Shown here in pieces: positions 57,096 to 64,000 of a DNA stretch of 64,000 nt (positions are counted from its first letter, which is position 1; each line of letters opens with the position of its first letter). Location of the stretch: assembly GCA_007376295.1 (NCBI GenBank), contig VMGB01000002.1, forward strand, positions 66,844 to 130,843, in the 5' to 3' direction. Under the pieces are notes generated by a model that did no database searches, was not told the origin of the DNA, and saw only the letters and a program-made list of their open reading frames with translations. Origin of the DNA: Parcubacteria group bacterium Gr01-1014_13. GTDB taxonomy: Bacteria > Patescibacteriota > Patescibacteriia > Magasanikbacterales > GWA2-37-8. The position numbers and the translations under genes are program-made.

Positions 57096-59846
57096 ATGTC
57101 GAACAAGAAGTTGACTCCTGAAGAGGAGTTGCGTGATCTCTGTGATATTTCTGTCGTGGATGCCGTTGCTTATATCGGCGAATTGTCCCCGGGTACGGAA
57201 TATTTCGAACCCGATGTGGCAGATACGCTAATCAAGTTTCTTCAGCAGACGCCGGATCTTACCGGTGTGCTCCTGGACGGCCTGACCAGTGTGCATCGCC
57301 CGGGTATCCTTTCTGATGAGGTTGTGTTTTACAACCGTACGGAAAAAGAACTGTTGGCCCACCTGAAAAAGGTTGAGCGGCACGAGCATGTTCACTGGAT
57401 GTTCAACGAATTGATGAAGATGGAAGATGAGTGGTTGGGCAAGCTCCGTGCGGCGCTTCCTGAAACCAGAATTCCTGAATCAAACTTTGTTTATTCCATT
57501 GACGGCGCTGATTTTCATGGCATGTCCGAACGCATGCTGCGGGTCATTGTCCAGTCCGGCAAAGTCAAGGTGGCGCAGTCCAAGAAAGCCTTGGAAAAGA
57601 GCAGTAGAGATTTGCAACGCAAGCTTGATGGTGTGGGTACTCTCAAAGAGAGCGATCTGCAAGCCAGACTCGGTGAATTGGAAGAGAAGCGTCGCAAGCA
57701 GGTAAAGGATCGCGCGCAAAAGCGTGTGGCCGAAACCGACAAGCAGATTGCAGAAGTCAAAAACGATATCGCTAACCTGAAAAGGTATAGGGAGCTCGAG
57801 GCTTTGCGCAAAGCTTGGAAGGATAAAGATAAAACGGATGATATCGAAAAAAGTGACGAAGAATGGTTCGAGGTAAAGAGCGCTGTTGATATTAAACAGC
57901 AGGGTCTGGTAAAGACCCTGGTTACTTTGACTGCTGAGCGGGCTGCTTTAAATAAAGTTGCCCGCAAGAAAACGGCGCGAGAGACTCTCGATGCCAAGAT
58001 TAAGAAGCTCAAAGAAGAGATCGCCGTTATCGAGGAACAAGTTAAAAACATCGCTGATGATATTGCGGGTCTTGAAGACGAATTCAAGGATTTGCGCGAA
58101 CCAGAAACCAGCGGTGTGTATCATCGTCGTGTCGATGATCACGTGAACCAGTTGTATAAGCGGTTTCAAGAGCTTGGCGAAAAGCACGGTATTCGTATTG
58201 TGACCAAGCGCGGTGTGCTGGCCTTTGGCACACTTGGGATTGATTATGCTTATAACCGCGGACGCACTTTTTTGCCCATGCGGCGTGTGCGTCGGTTGGC
58301 AGAAGAGCATCACGGAATCATGACTGATTACCGTGAAAATATCGCGACTGTTTTGGAAGAATTGAAAGCTTCAGTCAACGATATTGATGTGGTATTGGAA
58401 GGCGGTACTCATGGAGAGTTCTTTGCCCGGTGGCAGAGGCTCCACATTACTACCGAAGAAATTCGCATGCAGCATGTGAACACTTTTTATACTGGCAACA
58501 GTGATGGAGTGAAGCACGTGCTTTTCCTTGCGGGTATGCCTTTTGAACCACAGCATAAAATTGCTAAATACTTGAAGACGGAGAAACCGAGTCGAACGCG
58601 CGGTGGTAAGCCTATTAACAGCGCTTCCCACCATTCATTTATTCGGAACTCCAGAAGATCTGTGTCTGGTACACAGATTATGCGCAAACATCGACATGAG
58701 CTTATGTCTGTCGAAGCGATCATGTATCGGCTTTTCGAAAATAAACAGGTGCTGGAGACGTTCAAGGCAGTAATGAGCCAGGACGATTCAGACAACCACT
58801 TGAACTCGCCGGAAATGGATCCGATGGGTACGATTGGTACTTTTGCTTTGGTAAAACAGCTCATGAAGAATCCTTTGGAGCTGTACGGGCAGAAGGTGCA
58901 TGTTGGCGGCACCCTGAACTTGGGTGATTTGGCCGAAGCTAATTCTAAGGCTTGGAAAGAGGCAACAAAGTTTCGTCGTCAGTGGATGGAGCAGGCCAAG
59001 GAAATTTCCGACCGCCTCGTAGCCACAGACACGACGGACTACAATGCTGTATTGAAAACTTCTCTTTTCTTCCTTAATGATTTGATGGGAGGAGCAAACG
59101 AGAATCTGTGGCTTACCATGGAAGCCGTTAAGCTGTTCCTCAAAGAGAAATTTTTGACGATTCTTAATGAAAGCCCTGCTCGGCTTTTGGACATTTTGGC
59201 TGTGTTGCAAGGCAATCACTTTGCCAACGCGGTGCGAGACGTCACTATTACCGAGTATGGACAATTTGAGGTTTATCTCAAGACGTTAAAAGACGCGCAT
59301 AAAGATTTCCCGACGGAATGGCGTAAACCATTTCCTCTGGAGATCCAGCTTGGCGGTGAACCGCGGTATTTCCAGTCAGATGCAATAAAGCCAGAAATGG
59401 TGGTGCACTTGGGTGGTTATAGCGTTGGCCGTCAAGGAGTTATTGAAAATTATGGCGTGGGGCATAATGGTAAGCTCTTGGTGCAGAAAACGTACCGAGT
59501 CGGTCTAACTCACGAGCCCAACGCTATCCTAAATAAGGCGCGTAATCAAAACGCTGACGTCATTAAGTCTGGGCATACGCATGAGTCGTTTCTGATGATC
59601 GATCAGAGCGGCTATAACATGGGTCGGTTTATTGATCAAAAGCCGTGCACGCAGAGAGTTTCGGCAACGGAACTTTCGTATGGCGGTCTGCCGCGTACGG
59701 CCGGTGTAGACCTTTGTGTCTATTCTCAGCCGGGACGGTATTTCAAGATGACCATTCCCATGGAACACATGCGTAAAATTGGCTTGGCCCAGATGAAAGT
59801 TGAAGCCAAGGAAGCTGTCGAAAAGAAGCTTCCTAAGAAGAAGTAA
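57096..59846 (+). CDS. Large coiled-coil protein with a C-terminal calcineurin-like metallophosphoesterase
   Basis: Coiled coil at about aa 150-335; SDNH, LGDLAE, QGNH, THE, GHTH in order. Confidence 0.8.
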   Translation: MSNKKLTPEEELRDLCDISVVDAVAYIGELSPGTEYFEPDVADTLIKFLQQTPDLTGVLLDGLTSVHRPGILSDEVVFYNRTEKELLAHLKKVERHEHVHWMFNELMKMEDEWLGKLRAALPETRIPESNFVYSIDGADFHGMSERMLRVIVQSGKVKVAQSKKALEKSSRDLQRKLDGVGTLKESDLQARLGELEEKRRKQVKDRAQKRVAETDKQIAEVKNDIANLKRYRELEALRKAWKDKDKTDDIEKSDEEWFEVKSAVDIKQQGLVKTLVTLTAERAALNKVARKKTARETLDAKIKKLKEEIAVIEEQVKNIADDIAGLEDEFKDLREPETSGVYHRRVDDHVNQLYKRFQELGEKHGIRIVTKRGVLAFGTLGIDYAYNRGRTFLPMRRVRRLAEEHHGIMTDYRENIATVLEELKASVNDIDVVLEGGTHGEFFARWQRLHITTEEIRMQHVNTFYTGNSDGVKHVLFLAGMPFEPQHKIAKYLKTEKPSRTRGGKPINSASHHSFIRNSRRSVSGTQIMRKHRHELMSVEAIMYRLFENKQVLETFKAVMSQDDSDNHLNSPEMDPMGTIGTFALVKQLMKNPLELYGQKVHVGGTLNLGDLAEANSKAWKEATKFRRQWMEQAKEISDRLVATDTTDYNAVLKTSLFFLNDLMGGANENLWLTMEAVKLFLKEKFLTILNESPARLLDILAVLQGNHFANAVRDVTITEYGQFEVYLKTLKDAHKDFPTEWRKPFPLEIQLGGEPRYFQSDAIKPEMVVHLGGYSVGRQGVIENYGVGHNGKLLVQKTYRVGLTHEPNAILNKARNQNADVIKSGHTHESFLMIDQSGYNMGRFIDQKPCTQRVSATELSYGGLPRTAGVDLCVYSQPGRYFKMTIPMEHMRKIGLAQMKVEAKEAVEKKLPKKK

Positions 59847-59880
59847 AGTAATGCTTGTCCTTTAGTTTTATAAATTACCG

Positions 59881-59903
59881 GAGCCTCGAAATGTTCGAGG
59901 CTC
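59881..59903. terminator. Hairpin terminator between convergent genes
   Basis: gagcctcgaa-atg-ttcgaggctc followed by a T tract. Confidence 0.8.
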
Positions 59904-59908
59904 TTTTT

Positions 59909-61066
59909 TTAAACCCATTTTTTTAGAAGTTCTGTGAATTTATCTTCCAAAATCGCTTCACGAGCTTGGCGAGTTAAATCCAGCATGAAATGTAGATTGT
60001 GAATGCTGGCCAAACGCATGGCGGAAAGTTCTTGGGTGTTAAAAAGATGATGCAAGTAAGCGCGGGAATAATTTTTACATGTTGAACAAGTACAATCTTT
60101 ATCAATCGGCGCAGAATCTTTGGTAAATTTAGCATTAGTGATATTTATTCGCAGTTTTTTGTCTTCTGTGGGACCAACAAACAACATGCCGTGTCTGGCG
60201 AGTCTAGTTGGTGCCACACAATCAAACATATCTACGCCATGTTCTATAGCAATAAGTAAATCTGCTGGTGATAAGCCAACACCCATAGCATAATGTGGTT
60301 TGTTTTCCGGGATAAGCGGATATACCCAGTCCAAAATATCTTTAGTCGCTTCCATATTATACCCAATCGATTCTCCGCCAATCGCAATGCCGTCAAAATC
60401 TAAACTGGAAATATATTTTGCGCTCTCTTCGCGTAAATTTTTGCGATTTGAACCTTGAATAATACCAAAAATAAATTGGCGATAGCCGTGATGGCTTGTA
60501 TTTTTTTGGTGTTCAGCCAAAGACCGCTCTGCCCAGCGGTGAGTGCGTTCCATAGCTTCGCGCACATATTTTTCTTCAGCGCTATCAGGTGTGCACTCAT
60601 CAAAAGCCATAATAATATCCGCGCCAAGTTTGTGTTGGGTGTCTATGGCCGATTCAGCAGTAAATCTATGTTCGCTGCCATCTATATGAGAACGAAAAGT
60701 AACGCCGTCTTCATCAATACTGACCAATTTTTTGTTATCTAGTTCGGCATTTTTTTGTAAACCTAAACTAAATACCTGAAATCCGCCACTATCGGTAAGA
60801 ATTGGTTTAGGCCAGTTCATAAATTTGTGCAATCCGCCAAAATTGTTTATCAAATCTTCACCAGGGCGAAGGTGTAAATGGTAGGTGTTGCTTAAAATAA
60901 TTTGCGCAGACAAATTAGCCAGATCAGTTTGATCCAGAGTTTTGACTGTTGCTTGCGTGCCCACGGGCATAAAAATAGGGGTAGCAATATCGCCGTGATC
61001 CGTATGGATTATACCGGCGCGCGCGTTGGAATTTTTGTCTTTATGTTGCAGCTCAAAAAATGACAT
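59909..61066 (-). CDS. tgt: tRNA-guanine transglycosylase
   Basis: TPIFMPVGT, NTYHL, TDSGGFQ, FDC, C.C..C...H Zn site. Confidence 0.97.
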   Translation of the reverse strand: MSFFELQHKDKNSNARAGIIHTDHGDIATPIFMPVGTQATVKTLDQTDLANLSAQIILSNTYHLHLRPGEDLINNFGGLHKFMNWPKPILTDSGGFQVFSLGLQKNAELDNKKLVSIDEDGVTFRSHIDGSEHRFTAESAIDTQHKLGADIIMAFDECTPDSAEEKYVREAMERTHRWAERSLAEHQKNTSHHGYRQFIFGIIQGSNRKNLREESAKYISSLDFDGIAIGGESIGYNMEATKDILDWVYPLIPENKPHYAMGVGLSPADLLIAIEHGVDMFDCVAPTRLARHGMLFVGPTEDKKLRINITNAKFTKDSAPIDKDCTCSTCKNYSRAYLHHLFNTQELSAMRLASIHNLHFMLDLTRQAREAILEDKFTELLKKWV

Positions 61067-61122
61067 ATGCCAGCATCATAGCTGATTTTGTATAAAAAAT
61101 CAAGGTGTGCTATTATCTTCGT

Positions 61123-63156
61123 ATGATTGATTTTCCTAAAGAATTAAATTCAGAACAATTGGAAGTAGTTTTGCACGGCGATGGGCCGTGTTTAGTTTTG
61201 GCTGGCGCGGGTAGCGGCAAAACCAGAGTTATTACTTATCGGGTAGCATATCTTTTAGAACAGGGAATTAGTCCAGAAAATATATTATTAGTTACTTTTA
61301 CCAATAAAGCAGCCGACGAAATGATTCGCCGTATGCAATCCCTTACCGGCATACAAGAAAAATTACCTTGGGCCGGGACATTTCATCATATTGCTTATCG
61401 AATTTTGCGTCAGTATGCTCCGCTATTAGGGTATAAAAATAATTTTTCCGTATTAGATAGCGACGACAGCGAAGCGTTGTTAAAACTTTGTGCCAAGCCA
61501 TTTAAATCATCAGATGGTGACAAAAGAAAATTTCCTTCAGCTTCTATTTTACAAAATATTATTAGTTTTAGCCGTAATTCGGAAACAACAGTGGCCGATG
61601 TTTTGGATTTAAAATATCCGCAGTGGCTGGTGGTGGAAGATCAGATAAAAAGTATTGCCGATGAGTATTATATAAAGAAGAAAGAGGCCAACGCCATGGA
61701 TTTTGATGATCTGCTGACTAATTTTTTGTTATTGCTAAACAGCGACCAGGTTTTGCAAAAATATTCCCAACAATTTAAATATATTTTGGTAGATGAGTAT
61801 CAGGATACAAACAAAATTCAGGCTTCGATAATAAAAAAACTGGCTTCGGCCCATAATAACTTGTTGGTGGTGGGGGACGACGCCCAAAGTATTTATTCTT
61901 TCCGCGCAGCGGATGTGCAAAACATTTTACAATTTGAAAAAGATTATCCGAGCGCAAAAATTTTTAAACTAGAAACAAACTATCGTTCCAGCCAAGAAAT
62001 TTTACAATTGGCCAATGAAGTTATTTCCAATAACGTTAAACAATATAAAAAAGAATTAAAAACTGTTTTGCAAAGCGGTCTCAAACCGAGCTTGCATCCG
62101 CAAATGGATCAAGCGGGGGAGGCTGAATTTGTGGCCGGTAAAATTTTGGAGCTGATTGAAAACAATACTCCGGAAAACGAAATTGCCGTATTGTTTCGCG
62201 CTGCCTATCATTCGCAGATGTTGGAATTGGAACTGGTAAAAGCCGGTATTGCCTATGATTATCGCGGGGGTCTAAGATTTTTTGAGCGCGCACATGTTAA
62301 AGATGTTTTGGCATATTTACGAATATTAAATAATTTTGCCGACACAGCCGCCTGGATGCGGGTGCTGATGCACGAAGAGGGTATTGGTCCAGCTGCAGCA
62401 CAAAAAATTGTCGAAGCGCTCAAGAGTGCAACAAATGTAGAAGATGTAAAGGTTATTGGCCAACAAGTTTTGGGAGAAAAAGCCAAAAATGGTTGGTATA
62501 ATTTTGTCCGTATTTGGGAAGCAATGCTCGGCACCAGCCGTACGGATACCGCGGCACTCATTGATTCTATTATAAACTCACCTTATAAGGACTATTTGGA
62601 AGGGGAGTTTATAGACAGCAAAGACAGATTGGAAGATATATCCCAGCTGCAAGTTTTTGCGAATAAATATAATGAACTGGAACAATTTTTGGCTGAGGCA
62701 AGTTTGCAGGAATCTTTTAATATTAGAGGTGGTGGAAAAAGCGCAGATCAAAGCGGGCCGAAAGTAGTTTTGTCTACAATTCATCAAGCCAAAGGTTTGG
62801 AATGGTCGGCTGTATTTATTATAAATTTATCTAGCGGCGCTTTTCCAAGTGACCGCGCTTTTCGTGAGCCAAATGGATTGGAAGAAGAACGCCGTTTATT
62901 TTATGTGGCCATTACTCGCGCCAAAAAACATTTACACCTTACATATCCTATGGCTGGCGGGGGATTTGGCGATTCTATGTCCGGACCCAGCCTGTTTTTA
63001 GGAGAAATAAGTTCGGATTTGCTTGATGACCATTCTTTATTATCCGGTAACGGCCTAGTATTAAATGATGAAGAGGCGGGAGTAACTTACGAATCCGAAG
63101 ACAAGCCTTTGCGTATTACTCCAGGCAGTTTTTTGCGGAGTATAGATGATTTGTAA
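61123..63156 (+). CDS. UvrD/PcrA-family DNA helicase
   Basis: AGAGSGKT, TFTNKAA, DEYQD, GDDAQSIY, NYRS, TIHQAKGLE, EERRLFYVA.TRA. Confidence 0.96.
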   Translation: MIDFPKELNSEQLEVVLHGDGPCLVLAGAGSGKTRVITYRVAYLLEQGISPENILLVTFTNKAADEMIRRMQSLTGIQEKLPWAGTFHHIAYRILRQYAPLLGYKNNFSVLDSDDSEALLKLCAKPFKSSDGDKRKFPSASILQNIISFSRNSETTVADVLDLKYPQWLVVEDQIKSIADEYYIKKKEANAMDFDDLLTNFLLLLNSDQVLQKYSQQFKYILVDEYQDTNKIQASIIKKLASAHNNLLVVGDDAQSIYSFRAADVQNILQFEKDYPSAKIFKLETNYRSSQEILQLANEVISNNVKQYKKELKTVLQSGLKPSLHPQMDQAGEAEFVAGKILELIENNTPENEIAVLFRAAYHSQMLELELVKAGIAYDYRGGLRFFERAHVKDVLAYLRILNNFADTAAWMRVLMHEEGIGPAAAQKIVEALKSATNVEDVKVIGQQVLGEKAKNGWYNFVRIWEAMLGTSRTDTAALIDSIINSPYKDYLEGEFIDSKDRLEDISQLQVFANKYNELEQFLAEASLQESFNIRGGGKSADQSGPKVVLSTIHQAKGLEWSAVFIINLSSGAFPSDRAFREPNGLEEERRLFYVAITRAKKHLHLTYPMAGGGFGDSMSGPSLFLGEISSDLLDDHSLLSGNGLVLNDEEAGVTYESEDKPLRITPGSFLRSIDDL

Positions 63157-63163
63157 GGATCTT

Positions 63164-63191
63164 GACATTGTATTACAGTTGTATTACAATA
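63164..63191 (+). promoter_or_regulatory. TA promoter with an overlapping repeated operator
   Basis: TTGACA-17-TACAAT containing TTGTATTACA twice. Confidence 0.7.
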
Positions 63192-63220
63192 TATCTGTAA
63201 TCTAATTTTAATATATATTT

Positions 63221-63448
63221 ATGCGACAAGTTCTTAGCTTATCTTTGCCTATCACTGATGTCCGACAGATCAAAACTTTTGCTAAAAAACGCGGCTATAG
63301 TTCGGTGAGTTCTTATGTAAAATATTTACTTAAGGCTGACGAAGATTTAATTTCTGAAACTGAGTTATTAAAAACAGTAAAACACGCGCGCAAAGAGTAT
63401 CGCGCCGGTAAATCAATCAAAGCCAAATCGCTAGCTGATTTGGTATGA
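63221..63448 (+). CDS. Ribbon-helix-helix antitoxin
   Basis: N-terminal beta strand, SVSSYVK helix; overlaps the toxin start. Confidence 0.8.
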   Translation: MRQVLSLSLPITDVRQIKTFAKKRGYSSVSSYVKYLLKADEDLISETELLKTVKHARKEYRAGKSIKAKSLADLV

Positions 63449-63717
63449 TGGTAAAAGCAATTTTGTATTCTTCTGAATTTGTAGCTGAATTACGCAAATT
63501 GCCAAAGACGTTGTTGGCGTTGGCTATAAAAAAAGAAAAAATCTTCAAAGACAACCCCTTGCATCCATCGCTACGGCTTCATGCTTTGCAAGGAAAATTA
63601 AAGGGATTGTGGTCAATTTCGATAACCGGCAGTTATCGTATTATTTTTGAACGCCAAGCCAATGGTGATATTTTGTTTATCTCCATCGGTAAACACGATA
63701 TTTATCGGAGTTTGTAG
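63445..63717 (+). CDS. RelE/YafQ-like toxin
   Basis: NPLHPSLRLH.L.G...WSISI..YRIIF...IG.HDIY. Confidence 0.9.
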   Translation: MMVKAILYSSEFVAELRKLPKTLLALAIKKEKIFKDNPLHPSLRLHALQGKLKGLWSISITGSYRIIFERQANGDILFISIGKHDIYRSL

Positions 63718-63720
63718 CCC

Positions 63721-63749
63721 TTGACTTTTTCTGGTCCTTACTATATAAT
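63721..63749 (+). promoter_or_regulatory. rpsL (str operon) promoter
   Basis: TTGACT-17-TATAAT. Confidence 0.75.
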
Positions 63750-63882
63750 CTTTCTAGAACGCAGTAAGTCTCGTGGCTGAGCAATAAAACGTTCAGTTTT
63801 TTATTTATCACGGATTGCACGGGTTAATAAAAAATTTTACCAATTTAATCAAAATTTTCAAATTAGTTAAATCAATGACATT

Positions 63883-64000
63883 ATGCCTACAATAAATCAA
63901 CTTATCCGCAAAGGTAGAACTAGCAAGGTACGCAAAAGCAAAGTGCCTGCTTTGCAATTTACAGTAGATAACTTGCACAGACGCAAAACATATTTTGCTA
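63883..64000 (+). CDS. rpsL: 30S ribosomal protein S12 (partial, runs off the window)
   Basis: MPTINQLIRKGR...KSKVPAL. Confidence 0.93.
   Translation, partial: MPTINQLIRKGRTSKVRKSKVPALQFTVDNLHRRKTYFA

Noticed and set aside
57427-59768. Multiple overlapping alternative-frame and antisense ORFs
   Set aside because: Shadows of the GC-richer 916-aa gene, with no independent expression signals
63135-63726. Possible duplication of the helicase 3' end around the TA pair (CGGAGT..TTGTA..CTTGAC)
   Set aside because: Too short and gapped to distinguish from chance
1-64000. Integrase, transposase, reverse transcriptase, cas genes or CRISPR array
   Set aside because: No ORF has the relevant motifs, and no regularly spaced repeat-spacer array was seen

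Overview
AT-rich bacterial chromosome segment (standard genetic code) whose gene content and mostly SD-less core genes point to a Patescibacteria/CPR (Parcubacteria-like) genome; this taxonomy is inference. The core backbone has malic enzyme, VKOR-DsbA, 4 tRNAs, recA, ftsK, rpoB-rpoC, yebC-ruvC, trxB-rpe-rpiB, ileS, ruvA, argH, gatB, a dTTP cluster (dCMP deaminase, dut, thyA, folA, tmk), rplA, proS, trpS, tgt, a UvrD/PcrA helicase, a toxin-antitoxin pair and the start of rpsL. No integrase, transposase, reverse transcriptase or CRISPR array was found. Main observations: (1) About a dozen self-contained orphan gene units (sigma70 promoter, strong Shine-Dalgarno, hairpin) lie between core genes. 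(2) Several inserts are bounded by duplicated 3' ends of host genes: a 47-bp rpoC copy with only synonymous changes, a relic tRNA 3' end and a duplicated tRNA terminator. This suggests integrase-free gene capture at gene 3' ends. (3) An ORF-free, heavily base-paired region of about 540 nt follows an OmpR-type two-component system and sits behind a likely response-regulator box. It is a candidate novel large ncRNA. (4) A second long hairpin (about 165 nt) and a structured rpoB leader are present. (5) Unusual proteins include a degenerate pyruvate kinase, a sigma54-activator with a GSFTSA loop, a 916-aa coiled-coil/metallophosphoesterase and three tandem Cse60-like paralogs. All RNA structures and promoters were read by eye and need computational confirmation.
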